Source: an uncultured Nitrospira sp.
Lineage (GTDB): Bacteria; Nitrospirota; Nitrospiria; Nitrospirales; Nitrospiraceae
Length of the DNA: 64,000 nt
Assembly: GCA_964556305.1 (NCBI GenBank)
Contig: CAZKVY010000012.1
Location: forward strand, 5,224-69,223
Direction: 5' to 3'
Position numbers and translations under genes: made by a program
Notes under the pieces: generated by a model
Seen by the model: the letters and a program-made list of their open reading frames with translations, nothing else
Told to the model about the DNA's origin: nothing
Databases searched by the model: none
Part shown: in pieces, positions 48,359-57,908 of the stretch
How the letters are laid out: each line of letters opens with the position of its first letter
Position numbering within the stretch: position 1 is the stretch's first letter

Positions 48359-50155
48359 CTACTTAATTGCCACTGCGCGTACTTGCTTGTATGTAGTAAG
48401 CCCTTGAAGAACCTTCTCAATGCCATCCTGAAGTAGAGTGTGCATACCTTCACTTTTCGCTAGCATCAGCAATTCCCCGGTACGGGCTCTCCCTTGAATG
48501 AGCGATTTCATACGCTCGGAGACCACCATCAATTCATGAATTGGAATTCGTCCCCGGTACCCAGTGTGATTGCACACATCGCATCCTCGCCCACGAAACA
48601 ACATGCACGTCCCATCATACGTCGGCCGAGTCGCCCATTCTTTCTCCCCGAAAGCCTGCACCAATTCTTCGTATTCGCTGCGAGTCGGATGGTAGGACTC
48701 CCGGCAGTGAGAGCAAATGCGCTTACACAGCCGCATAGCAAGTACACCCAGCATAGCATCGGAAAAATTGAACGGATCACAGCCCATGTCGAGCAACCGC
48801 ACGACCGTTTCCACGGCGCTATTCGTATGGATGGTGCTGAACACCAGATGGCCCGTCAAAGACGCTTCAATGGCAATATCCGCTGTTTCCTTGTCGCGCA
48901 TTTCTCCGATCATGATCACATCAGGGTCGGCCCGCAGAAAAGCCCTCATGGTGGCGGCAAACGTCAGTCCGATCTTGGGGTGAACCTGCACCTGTCGTAG
49001 GCCATCTTGCGTGATCTCTATCGGGTCTTCAGCCGTCCAGATCTTTCGTTCGTCGGTGTTGATAGACGCCAGAATGGCGTGCAACGTCGTCGTCTTGCCT
49101 GACCCCGTCGGGCCGGCGCATAGCACGATGCCATGTGGTTTGTCCGCGAGCTGTTCCACCACACGACGAGTCTCCGCACTGAATTCAAATTCTTCCAGTC
49201 TCCTGGGACCGTTAGCGCTCAGCAAGCGGAGGACCACGTCCTCGTTAAATCCGGCAGTGGGAAGCGTTGCCACACGCAATTCAATCTCCTGCCCCGTGAT
49301 CAATTTGAAGCGGATTTTCCCATCCTGAGGCTTCCGCCGTTCTGCGATGTCCAGGCTGGCCATAATCTTCACTCGAGAGACAATGGCTCGACGATAGGCG
49401 GCGGGAATCTTCATGTAGGTGAAACACGTCCCATCCACTCGAAAGCGCACCGCCGTCTCCTTACGGTCGGCGTAGGGCTCGATATGAATATCCGACGCCC
49501 CTCGCCGATAGGCCTCTGCAATGATTTGGTTGGCGAGCCGGACAATCGCCGAATCGTTTTCGGTGATGGCGGAGATGGTCGCATTCTGCTGCTCTTCCAA
49601 CTGCGCTTCACTGACCAGTTCGCCGAGAATATCCGTGATCGGATCGCCGACGTCACGTCCGCACACATCACTCAACACACGTTCAATATCCGCCCGTAGA
49701 CCAACGCGATACGAGACTGTCTGACCGGGAAAGGCTCGCCGCACATCGAGTAGCTTGTCAGGATCCTGAGGATCGTTAATCAAAACTTCCACCGCCTGCC
49801 CCTGCCGTCTGAGAGGAACCCAATGGTTCATTCTCAGATAGTCGATACTGAGATTCTTCAGCAACTCCGGCTCGACGACCGTCTGCTCCTCATAGGCGAG
49901 GAACGGGCATTCGTAAAATTCTGCAAGGACTGCACCGATCGCCGGCTTGGGGATTCGATAGCGGTCCATGAGAAGCGTGGCCACATCGAGCCGCTTTCGC
50001 AACGCTTCTGAGAGGGCAATCGTCAATTCCTCTTGCCGGAGAAACCCTTGACGAACAAGCGGCTCATAGAGGCCGGACGGACGCACCCGAGGTGAGCAGG
50101 GTTTCCCTGAGGGCGGTCCGCTCGACAGTGACAGAGTCGAAATTGCGCGATTCAT
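48359..50155 (-). CDS. GspE/PilB-family secretion ATPase
   Basis: ASDIHIEP, LDIAERRKPQDG, GPTGSGKTT, TAEDPIE, RADPDVIMIGEMRD, GHLVFSTIH, tetra-Cys Zn motif. Confidence 0.92.
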   Translation of the reverse strand: MNRAISTLSLSSGPPSGKPCSPRVRPSGLYEPLVRQGFLRQEELTIALSEALRKRLDVATLLMDRYRIPKPAIGAVLAEFYECPFLAYEEQTVVEPELLKNLSIDYLRMNHWVPLRRQGQAVEVLINDPQDPDKLLDVRRAFPGQTVSYRVGLRADIERVLSDVCGRDVGDPITDILGELVSEAQLEEQQNATISAITENDSAIVRLANQIIAEAYRRGASDIHIEPYADRKETAVRFRVDGTCFTYMKIPAAYRRAIVSRVKIMASLDIAERRKPQDGKIRFKLITGQEIELRVATLPTAGFNEDVVLRLLSANGPRRLEEFEFSAETRRVVEQLADKPHGIVLCAGPTGSGKTTTLHAILASINTDERKIWTAEDPIEITQDGLRQVQVHPKIGLTFAATMRAFLRADPDVIMIGEMRDKETADIAIEASLTGHLVFSTIHTNSAVETVVRLLDMGCDPFNFSDAMLGVLAMRLCKRICSHCRESYHPTRSEYEELVQAFGEKEWATRPTYDGTCMLFRGRGCDVCNHTGYRGRIPIHELMVVSERMKSLIQGRARTGELLMLAKSEGMHTLLQDGIEKVLQGLTTYKQVRAVAIK

Positions 50156-50224
50156 AGCACCTATTCCTTTCCCACTGCTTTGAATATCAGTTGATGACCC
50201 GATGTCGAGGAGGCATCGGCCACC

Positions 50225-51712
50225 TCAAATTTTGGTCTGCCAGCTTCCTGGTGCGACAAATACCACCGGTAGACCCTGCATAAGCCCCTCGCGAAGATCG
50301 TGGTTGTACCAAACCTCCAACATTCCCGACCCATTGGCGCCTTCCAGAATCGCTCCTTGTGCCGCCACCCCACCGTAGACTTTGACATGGCCGGCAAATC
50401 GCACCTCACCTGCGGCATACAAGATCCCTTGAAGATGAATGTCGGAGAGTTGCACGGGTATCCGCGTTCCGAGCGACTGCTGACCCTCGGGCGGAGGACT
50501 CAACGCCGGCACGGCTCTTCCGCTGCGTCCTGCCTTCCAAAGAACATGCGCGTTTACAATAAAGATGCCTTCGGCATAGTCTTGATCGAGCACAATTGAA
50601 CCCAGGTTATCGAGGCGAGGCGGCATCCCGTCAAGCGTATCCACGAACACGAGCCCCCGGTGATCTCCCGGCCCCTTTGAGACAAACACCTCAGATGCAG
50701 GACGTCCCAAACCAGGCTGGATCACACCACCTTCGTGCAACAACCCGTCCCGATCGATCCCATACACTTGTCCAAATTGCATGGCCATTCGTTTCAAGGT
50801 CGCGTAGTCCCACTGATCGAGCTTGATGCCGGGAATCGGTTCCAGGTGAGCATGAACATTCAATGGCACACCTGACCAGGCCTCGGCCGGAAGCTGGGCA
50901 AAAAAGGCATCGCCCCCAAGCCGGATCGTCAGCCATCGATCCTCACGATGACCCATTTCGTCATACGCCTGTCCGCTCACCGGAGCCATTCCGCTCTTAA
51001 TCGGAACTTCCTCCGGCCGTGGGAAATAGGCTCGGCCACGAACCACCATTTCACCCCAATGTGCAAAGATGGAACCCGGTCGGGCTTGCGACGACTCGCT
51101 TCCAAGGGCGCCGCTCTGCAACGGTGCATGGAGGGCAGGAACAGCATAGGCTCCGAATTCCATGCTTAACGTTGTTGTCACACGCGAGGCCGGGCCAGCG
51201 CCCGCCGTCACTTCTACCGTACAGAGCAATCCTGGTCGCGTCGCCCCATAGACTCGTAGCTTGAGAATTCTCGCGAGACCCTTGAGTGATTTGAACCAAC
51301 CCGTCTGAGGATCGTTCAATAAATGGTCGTGCTGGTGATTCGCTGCATCGAAAACCATATCAGGATTCGCGCTCGTGCCGACGAATTGCGCATGCCCCTG
51401 CGCGTCAACATACGAGGGATCCCCTTGGGCATTGACTAATCGCTTGGTAAACCAAGTCGTCGCGACTTCCTGTGGTCGAAGTGCCGGATCATGAAACCAT
51501 CCCATCACAACATCCACAGCCGCCTCCGCAGCGTGGTGCGCCACACGCTCTTCTTGTAACGCGCTGGCACCAACGACTTCCTGCCCCGCCAGCTGCATGG
51601 AAGTCATCCCTAACAAGGCAAGCAGAAACACCACCATGAGCACTGCCAACAACGCCATTCCCCGTTCATCCCCCTGTTTCGTCTTCACTGACCGTTCCCC
51701 GCGCATAACCAT
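50225..51712 (-). CDS. Long PilX-like prepilin (about 495 aa) (cassette 2)
   Basis: ERG|MALLA prepilin site without Glu5, A..AAEAA; large C-terminal domain ending ..GGV.A.G...V.YN...W. Confidence 0.75.
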   Translation of the reverse strand: MVMRGERSVKTKQGDERGMALLAVLMVVFLLALLGMTSMQLAGQEVVGASALQEERVAHHAAEAAVDVVMGWFHDPALRPQEVATTWFTKRLVNAQGDPSYVDAQGHAQFVGTSANPDMVFDAANHQHDHLLNDPQTGWFKSLKGLARILKLRVYGATRPGLLCTVEVTAGAGPASRVTTTLSMEFGAYAVPALHAPLQSGALGSESSQARPGSIFAHWGEMVVRGRAYFPRPEEVPIKSGMAPVSGQAYDEMGHREDRWLTIRLGGDAFFAQLPAEAWSGVPLNVHAHLEPIPGIKLDQWDYATLKRMAMQFGQVYGIDRDGLLHEGGVIQPGLGRPASEVFVSKGPGDHRGLVFVDTLDGMPPRLDNLGSIVLDQDYAEGIFIVNAHVLWKAGRSGRAVPALSPPPEGQQSLGTRIPVQLSDIHLQGILYAAGEVRFAGHVKVYGGVAAQGAILEGANGSGMLEVWYNHDLREGLMQGLPVVFVAPGSWQTKI

Positions 51713-51733
51713 ATCCTCCACCCCCGTTGCTCA

Positions 51734-52510
51734 TTACATTCGGATCGCAATATCCCGCGAGAGCGTTGATCCTTGTCGTCCACCCTGTATCGTCACACGA
51801 ACCCGCACTACGTCCCGAGCATTTGTCTCCATGCCTCCCCTTCTGTTGAAATACTGCAGCTGCACCCCGCGCACATCGCTCAGCATCGTGCTCGCCACGC
51901 CGTCCACCTCGCGCATCAAACGCATGGCCCCGTCATCAGGGCGCTTCACGTAATAGCGCACACGGTTCAACAGAAAGACGGCGCTTTTCGCCTGATACTG
52001 TTCGAGAGTCGGGGTCGTGAGCATCAATGTTTGCTTTCGGCCGTCCGCAGCCAGACGATTCCAGGCGCAATGCACTGCCGTACAGAGCAGGACTTGTTTG
52101 CCTTTCGGCCAATCGGCGCCATCTTCTACCGGCAGATCCTGCCGACCGGCTTCCGCAACTTGCGTCAGGATGGTTGACGATCCACTCAGGTTGGCAAAAA
52201 ATTCGACTTCGTCCACCTCCTTCTTCATAAACGCGGCCTCCGCACCTAATAGCCCGCCTCCCGCCAACCGCAGTTCGCTACACAACACATCGAGCCCAAG
52301 CCGGAGTTCTTGATTGGCCGTCATGCTGGCGTGCTGGGAACTCAGGCGAAGACCGTATGAGGCAAAGGCTTGAATCGCAGCCGATATGGCGACGCTGCTG
52401 ATCGCCATGCCAAAGAGAAGTTCGATGAGACTCACCCCCCTGGCGTTGAGATGCCATCTCCTCCGGACCGATTCCATCCCTGGTGAAGAAAAAATCCTTG
52501 CGCATCTCAT
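51734..52510 (-). CDS. PilW-like prepilin (cassette 2)
   Basis: ARG|VSLIE, QELRLGLDVL.SELRLAG; ATGA coupling with the upstream gene. Confidence 0.78.
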   Translation of the reverse strand: MRCARIFSSPGMESVRRRWHLNARGVSLIELLFGMAISSVAISAAIQAFASYGLRLSSQHASMTANQELRLGLDVLCSELRLAGGGLLGAEAAFMKKEVDEVEFFANLSGSSTILTQVAEAGRQDLPVEDGADWPKGKQVLLCTAVHCAWNRLAADGRKQTLMLTTPTLEQYQAKSAVFLLNRVRYYVKRPDDGAMRLMREVDGVASTMLSDVRGVQLQYFNRRGGMETNARDVVRVRVTIQGGRQGSTLSRDIAIRM

Positions 52511-53034
52511 GACAGTGCCAACGAGCCGACATAGCGTGGATTTGCCCGGATCGTACGCACGCGCACCTCGCGCTCTTGACCTCCGAGTGTCTTGAAACTT
52601 GCGCGTGCCTCTATCGTCGCTAGACTCGAAGCCCCTGGCTGGCTTCCGCGATTCAGCTCCACCGTCCAGACTAGCCTGATATTGCCCCGCGTCTGACTGG
52701 CAGTAAAAATGCCGTCGCCGTTTGTTCCATCGTCTAGCAAACCATCGTCGCGCATGATGGACTCCAGTGTCCCGTTCTGATCGAGATCATCCGCGAGCAA
52801 CTGCTCCCACGGCAGACTACGCTTCGCCTCTACGCACGATTCTGCAAGGGCCAGTGCCGTTGCCGTCATCGCACCGCGTTGAAGGCCACGCTGCGACCAC
52901 TCACACATACTGATCGTCCCGACTATTCCAATCGACAGCACCACCATGGCCACCATGCTCTCCACCAGCGTAAACCCCGCGATACTCGTCGTCGGATCTT
53001 GTCGTTTCATATACCCCGCCTCAGATCGGTTCAT
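52507..53034 (-). CDS. PilV-like prepilin (cassette 2)
   Basis: IAG|FTLVE, VLSIG; acidic DDG..DG..GDGIFT insert. Confidence 0.78.
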   Translation of the reverse strand: MNRSEAGYMKRQDPTTSIAGFTLVESMVAMVVLSIGIVGTISMCEWSQRGLQRGAMTATALALAESCVEAKRSLPWEQLLADDLDQNGTLESIMRDDGLLDDGTNGDGIFTASQTRGNIRLVWTVELNRGSQPGASSLATIEARASFKTLGGQEREVRVRTIRANPRYVGSLALS

Positions 53035-53465
53035 GACATCGACACCCGTCCCGTGATGCTCACTGTTACCTGATGTGATACCCGCCTGGAATCGATCAGC
53101 ATCATGGTCGTGGCGGTAGCGGAACGGCCGCTGGATTGGAATAGAATTTCAGGCCGGGTGCTCATTGAGTCGATAACGGTGCCTGTGTGTGCGAACCCAT
53201 AGCGACGCAGCACATTCGTGTCACAGTCCTCACATTCGGTGCGTAACTCAGATTGTTTCATATTCACTACAACTCGAATACGTTGGTGCCGCGCCATGGC
53301 CAACTGACGGGCCATGCGCAATTCCGACGCAATCTCTGTCACCACCGCTCGCTGACGCTGTTTCGAGACAAGAGCTGACCACCCCGGTACACTGACCGCC
53401 ATCACAATTGCCACGATGGCGAGTACCGTACACAGCTCCACGAGACTGACTCCACGTTCGTTCAT
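53031..53465 (-). CDS. FimT/GspH-like prepilin (cassette 2)
   Basis: MNERG|VSLVE, IASELRMARQLAM, ILFQSSG; RBS AAGGAG. Confidence 0.8.
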   Translation of the reverse strand: MNERGVSLVELCTVLAIVAIVMAVSVPGWSALVSKQRQRAVVTEIASELRMARQLAMARHQRIRVVVNMKQSELRTECEDCDTNVLRRYGFAHTGTVIDSMSTRPEILFQSSGRSATATTMMLIDSRRVSHQVTVSITGRVSMS

Positions 53466-53497
53466 TTCGGCTCCTTTCGTCGAACGCGTAGGGCATT

Positions 53498-53513
53498 TCC
53501 AAGTTCCGTGCCG
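53498..53513 (-). promoter_or_regulatory. Candidate degenerate sigma54 promoter for cassette 2
   Basis: CGGCACGGAACTTGGA has a strong -24 box (GGCACG), but the -12 box reads TTGG instead of TTGC; lies about 33 bp upstream of the start codon. Confidence 0.35.
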
Positions 53514-53661
53514 TTGTCTTGATAGACAGCGCGTCTGGAAAGCCATCGACCCTGACTTTTCGAAACGTGGGAAAAGATGTTGAGATTGCGAGGTTATGGG
53601 CGGGCGGAGCTGCGTTCAAACTGTCGGATGATCAGCGCCAACAGGCTTGAACAATTGTGAA

Positions 53662-53703
53662 CTGTTCCGAATCGGATACAGTGCTTCATCCATTCGGATA
53701 CAG
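53662..53703. repeat. TCGGATACAG direct repeat (22-bp period), partly palindromic; candidate activator site
   Basis: Copies at 53672-53681 and 53694-53703; tgttccga-a-tcggataca forms an imperfect inverted repeat. Confidence 0.45.
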
Positions 53704-53756
53704 ATTCAGAAGTATGAACGTCTATAAACTGGCTCTGAAAGCCACTTTACAGGCAG

Positions 53757-54530
53757 TTACTGTGGGAGATTGATGAGAGACCAATACCAGTTGAGGAAAG
53801 GCTGGTGAAAGAGGAGAGCGAGAAGCGATCCCACCGCGAGGAACGGTCCAAAAGGAATATATTGATCGCGCCTGGTAATTCCGGCAGCAATAAGACCGAC
53901 ACCGACTACCGAGCCAAAAAACGATCCGATCATAATGGCCAACAACACCGGCTGCCACCCGATGAACGCGCCGACCATGGCCATGAGTTTAATGTCCCCG
54001 CCGCCCATTCCTTCTTTTCCGAAGACATAGGGACTGATCCACGCCAGGAACCATAAAATTCCGCCGCCCAAGGCAATACCGAGAAGCGAGTCAATCAGAC
54101 CGATCGGCAGAATCACGGCAGCACAGACCAGACCGACGACAATCCCTGGCAGAGTTACCGCGTCAGGGATCATCGTATGGGAAAGATCCGTTCCGGCAAT
54201 CACGATCAGGGCCGAGAGTAGGGCCGCATACACCCAAGCCTCGGCTGTAAAATCAAACACCCGAAAAATAAGGAGGTATCCAATCGCATTCGCCGCTTCG
54301 ACCAAAGGATATTGGATAGAGATGGGCACATGGCAGGAACGGCATCGGCCCCGCAGGATCAGATAACTCAAGACAGGAATGTTGTCGTAAACCGCGACAG
54401 GGTGCCGGCAGGCGGGACAATGCGAGGCGGGCCAGGCTACAGACTCTTCCCGCGGCAAACGGTAGATGCAGACATTGAGAAAACTGCCGATGACCGCACC
54501 GAACAACAGCAACATCACATAGGGGACCAT
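53757..54530 (-). CDS. pilD: Prepilin peptidase / N-methyltransferase PilD
   Basis: GSFLNVCIYRLP, SHCPAC, GRCRSC, D...MIPD, GMGGGDIKL, IPFGPFL. Confidence 0.95.
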   Translation of the reverse strand: MVPYVMLLLFGAVIGSFLNVCIYRLPREESVAWPASHCPACRHPVAVYDNIPVLSYLILRGRCRSCHVPISIQYPLVEAANAIGYLLIFRVFDFTAEAWVYAALLSALIVIAGTDLSHTMIPDAVTLPGIVVGLVCAAVILPIGLIDSLLGIALGGGILWFLAWISPYVFGKEGMGGGDIKLMAMVGAFIGWQPVLLAIMIGSFFGSVVGVGLIAAGITRRDQYIPFGPFLAVGSLLALLFHQPFLNWYWSLINLPQ

Positions 54531-54646
54531 CAAGCCTCCCGTCACGGCTCGCTTATATCATGTCCACGCGCGTGCATTTAAGTATACGTATCCACTCCTA
54601 GGATAATCAGAGCATGCATACGCCTCTCTTCGCCCGCCTCTTTTCA

Positions 54647-54676
54647 TTTACAAACGCCAGGAGCACTGCGTATAAT
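54647..54676 (+). promoter_or_regulatory. sigma70 promoter for the LuxR-type gene
   Basis: TTTACA-N18-TATAAT. Confidence 0.55.
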
Positions 54677-54744
54677 CCGACAACGTTTTGGCCCGAGAGG
54701 TCGAAGCCTCAGTCTGTAAACCCCCTTATTCCAAGTGGAGCGAG

Positions 54745-55035
54745 ATGTACATGCCGACAGTTGCCAGGACTACCAAAGGTCGAACTAGAGCATCATTACC
54801 CGAGCCGATTCTTCCCCCTCGCAAACGGCGTCCGGAAGCCCTGACGACACGCGAACAGGAAATTCTTGAGCTGATCTGGACTGGCTTCAAGAATAAGGAA
54901 ATTGCTCAACGGCTCAAGATCAGCGTGAAGACCGTCGAGGCGCACCGGGCAAACATGATGAAGAAAATCCGAGTCTCTAATACGGCTCAACTGCTCAAGG
55001 CCGCCATTCAAGGGAAAATGCTCAAGCTCAGGTAA
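54745..55035 (+). CDS. Stand-alone LuxR-family HTH regulator
   Basis: LTTREQEILELIWTGFKNKEIAQRLKISVKTVEAHRANMMKK; no receiver or ligand-binding domain. Confidence 0.9.
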   Translation: MYMPTVARTTKGRTRASLPEPILPPRKRRPEALTTREQEILELIWTGFKNKEIAQRLKISVKTVEAHRANMMKKIRVSNTAQLLKAAIQGKMLKLR

Positions 55036-55045
55036 TCCGCCGTCT

Positions 55046-55828
55046 TCATGTACAAATCTTCCCCTCTCTTCGTTCCTGACGCTGGCGTACAGCTTCATAT
55101 AGAACGATGGCCGCCGACGCAGAAACATTGAGCGAGCTGACTTTCCCTGACATGGGAATGTGCGCCGCATCATCGCAGGCACTACGAACTCCCGGCCGCA
55201 CCCCCTTCCCTTCTCCTCCGAACACCAGGGCGACAGGCCCGCGGAAATCCAGCTGCGTGTAGACCTTCGGCGCGTCGGCATCCAAGGCATACACCCAGAC
55301 GCCAGCGCTTTGCAGACGCTCAATCCATCGCGACAGGTTGGGAACCCTGCCGACAGGCATATAATCCACGGCTCCGGCTGACGCCTTAGCCACCACACTC
55401 GTCAACCCCACCGCACGGCGTTCGGGAATGAAGACGCCCTGTACCCCTGACGCTTCAGCCGTTCGAAGAATCGCCCCTAGATTGTGAGGGTCTTCGACAC
55501 CATCGAGCAGCACCAACAGGGAGGTCTGACCAGGGGTCTGGGCCGAAGCGAGAATAGCCTCCGGGTCGGCATAGGACTTGGCGGCTACCAGGCCGACCAC
55601 GCCCTGATGATGACCGGCGGGAACAAGTCGATCGAACGCCGCGCGTGGCTCGACATACACAGGCACGCGTTGCTCTCTGGCCAGCCTTACGATGTCTCCG
55701 AACTGCCGATCTGTCCCCAACACGAGTAGGCGTTGAAGAGGGCGGACCCCGGCACGTAGAGCCTCGCGTACGGCATGGAGGCCATAAATCACTTCCGGCG
55801 AATTATCTTTTCCATCGACTGGTGCCAT
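55046..55828 (-). CDS. rlmB: 23S rRNA (Gm2251) methyltransferase RlmB
   Basis: IYGLHAV, HQGVV, LDGVEDPHNLGAILR, GGEGKG, IPMSGKVSSLNVS. Confidence 0.93.
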   Translation of the reverse strand: MAPVDGKDNSPEVIYGLHAVREALRAGVRPLQRLLVLGTDRQFGDIVRLAREQRVPVYVEPRAAFDRLVPAGHHQGVVGLVAAKSYADPEAILASAQTPGQTSLLVLLDGVEDPHNLGAILRTAEASGVQGVFIPERRAVGLTSVVAKASAGAVDYMPVGRVPNLSRWIERLQSAGVWVYALDADAPKVYTQLDFRGPVALVFGGEGKGVRPGVRSACDDAAHIPMSGKVSSLNVSASAAIVLYEAVRQRQERREGKICT

Positions 55829-57263
55829 CAGGCCGGTCCTCAATGATGATCCCGTGGGACGACAGCTCGGCTCGCAGTTGGTCAGCCAGCTTATAGTTCC
55901 TGGATTGTTTGGCAGCGAGTCGGGCGGCAATCTTGCCAGCGACTTCTTCATCGGACAGCGTCTTCGTTGGGACACATGAAGCGCCATGAGATTCCTGCGA
56001 CCCGTGACTTTTGAATTGCCAGCGGTCAGGCTGGAGCAGGCCAAGCACCGCGCCCAAGCAGCGAAATTCATCTCGCACCGCATGGCGCATCTTAGCGGAT
56101 AATCCAGCATCAAGCGCCTTGTTCGCTTCTCCGCGCAACTTCTGCAAAGCCGCGACGGCATTGGGTGTATTCAAATCGTCATCCATGGCGGCAATAAACG
56201 CCTCCCTGGTTCGAGTGTTCGCCTCGCGCATCTGTTGATCGGCCGCGCCCTGGGCAGGTGTCGACTCCTTCAACCGTTCGAAGAGATCATAAAATCCATT
56301 GAGGGCGTTTTTGGCTTCCGCGACGCTTTGGTCGGAGAAATCCAACGGGCTGCGATAGTGCGTGGACAACAGGAAGTATCGCAACATCTCGCCGGTCACC
56401 CTTTCAGGCCATTCAGACTTGGCAAAAATTTCGCGAATGGTGAAGAAATTCCCTAACGACTTGGACATCTTCTCTTGGTTGATCTGGACAAAGCCGTTAT
56501 GCACCCAATAGCGCGCAAATTCCTTGCCGGTCGCGCCACAGGATTGGGCAATCTCGTTTTCATGGTGCGGGAAGATGAGATCCATCCCCCCACCGTGAAT
56601 GTCGAAGGTTTCACCAAGATGCCGCATCGCCATCGCCGAGCATTCGATATGCCAGCCTGGACGACCCGGTCCCCACGGGCTATCCCATGAAGGTTCGCCG
56701 GGTTTGCTCCCTTTCCAAAGGGCAAAATCCATGGGATGCCGTTTGCGCTCGTCCACATCCACACGTGCGCCGGCCTGCAAATCATCCATCTTTCGTTTGG
56801 AGAGGCGACCATACACTGGATACCGGTCGACTTGAAAATAGACATCTCCTTCGACGCGGTAGGCCATTCCCTTAGCCAGCAGGGTGTCGACGAGCGCGAC
56901 AATCTCGGCGATATGCTCCGTCGCCCTCGGTTCAAGCGTGGCTCTGCGCACGCCGAGTTTTTCCATATCCTCGTAGTACGCCTGAATGTAGGTCTTGGTG
57001 ACGTGTTCGCAACTCACGCCTTGTTCATGGGCCCGTTTGATGATCTTGTCGTCGACATCGGTGAAGTTCTTGGCAAACTCAACGGCAAAGCCGGAATATT
57101 CCAGATAGCGCCGCAGCACATCAAAAACCAACGCGCTGCGAGCATGGCCGATATGACAATAATCATAGACCGTGACGCCGCACACGTACATGCGGACCTT
57201 GCCGGGGACCATCGGCTCGAATAGATCCTTACTTCCAGACAACGTATTGTAGACACGCAACAT
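55803..57263 (-). CDS. cysS: Cysteine--tRNA ligase
   Basis: YVCGVTVYDYCHIGH, PGWHIECS, KMSKS. Confidence 0.98.
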   Translation of the reverse strand: MLRVYNTLSGSKDLFEPMVPGKVRMYVCGVTVYDYCHIGHARSALVFDVLRRYLEYSGFAVEFAKNFTDVDDKIIKRAHEQGVSCEHVTKTYIQAYYEDMEKLGVRRATLEPRATEHIAEIVALVDTLLAKGMAYRVEGDVYFQVDRYPVYGRLSKRKMDDLQAGARVDVDERKRHPMDFALWKGSKPGEPSWDSPWGPGRPGWHIECSAMAMRHLGETFDIHGGGMDLIFPHHENEIAQSCGATGKEFARYWVHNGFVQINQEKMSKSLGNFFTIREIFAKSEWPERVTGEMLRYFLLSTHYRSPLDFSDQSVAEAKNALNGFYDLFERLKESTPAQGAADQQMREANTRTREAFIAAMDDDLNTPNAVAALQKLRGEANKALDAGLSAKMRHAVRDEFRCLGAVLGLLQPDRWQFKSHGSQESHGASCVPTKTLSDEEVAGKIAARLAAKQSRNYKLADQLRAELSSHGIIIEDRPDGTSRWKR

Positions 57264-57272
57264 GATGCGTCA

Positions 57273-57908
57273 TTACTCCATTGATGGGCGGCGCTTGGGC
57301 CAATGCGACCAAACAAAATAGCCGAGGCCCACGGCAAGGAACAATCCGATCACCAAATCGGCATGATGGAAATACTGGTGTAATTCATTCCAGTGCTCCC
57401 CCATCTTCAATCCCACATAGGCTAACGCATAACAAAAGGGAAGCGCTCCCACGAATGAATAGAGCACGAACTTCTTGATGTCCATGCGTGCAATTCCCGC
57501 CGGGAGAGAAATGAACGTTCGTACGACGGGCAACAGCCGGCCGATCAACACCGCCGCCTCGCCATGTTTCGCAAACCACCGGTCAGCCACGTCCACATCA
57601 TGCTGCGAGATCAGGAAATACCGGCCATAGCGTTCAACAAACGGCCGCCCGCCCCATACCCCGACATAGTAAGCCACCAAGGACCCGAGCACATTGCCGA
57701 TCGCGCCGGCGAAGGCCACGCCCCACATTGAAAATTGGCCGGTGGAAACCAGGTAGCCCGAGAATGGCATAATGATTTCACTTGGCAGGGGAATGCAGGC
57801 ACTTTCGATCGCCATCGTAATCACGATGCCGGTGTAGCCAAATGTCGAGATGGTCGTAATGACGAATCGACCGAGGACGTCGATCAGCCATTCAATCAGT
57901 GCGCTCAC
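57273..57908 (-). CDS. DedA-family membrane protein
   Basis: ESACIPLPSEIIMPFSG, RLLPVVRTFISLPAG. Confidence 0.93.
   Translation of the reverse strand: MSALIEWLIDVLGRFVITTISTFGYTGIVITMAIESACIPLPSEIIMPFSGYLVSTGQFSMWGVAFAGAIGNVLGSLVAYYVGVWGGRPFVERYGRYFLISQHDVDVADRWFAKHGEAAVLIGRLLPVVRTFISLPAGIARMDIKKFVLYSFVGALPFCYALAYVGLKMGEHWNELHQYFHHADLVIGLFLAVGLGYFVWSHWPKRRPSME

Noticed and set aside
53545-53600. c-di-GMP-I (GEMM) riboswitch-like cgaaacgtggga
   Set aside because: Wrong strand for the downstream pilin genes, no GCAAA/P1 pairing and no GACGCAAAGC element.
55829-56161. N-terminal extension of RlmB in the 371-aa track ORF
   Set aside because: It overlaps cysS in another frame; RlmB homology starts only at MAPVDG (55828). 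Similar upstream extensions were trimmed for cimA, the VOC protein, the REC-REC protein and the MidA-like gene.
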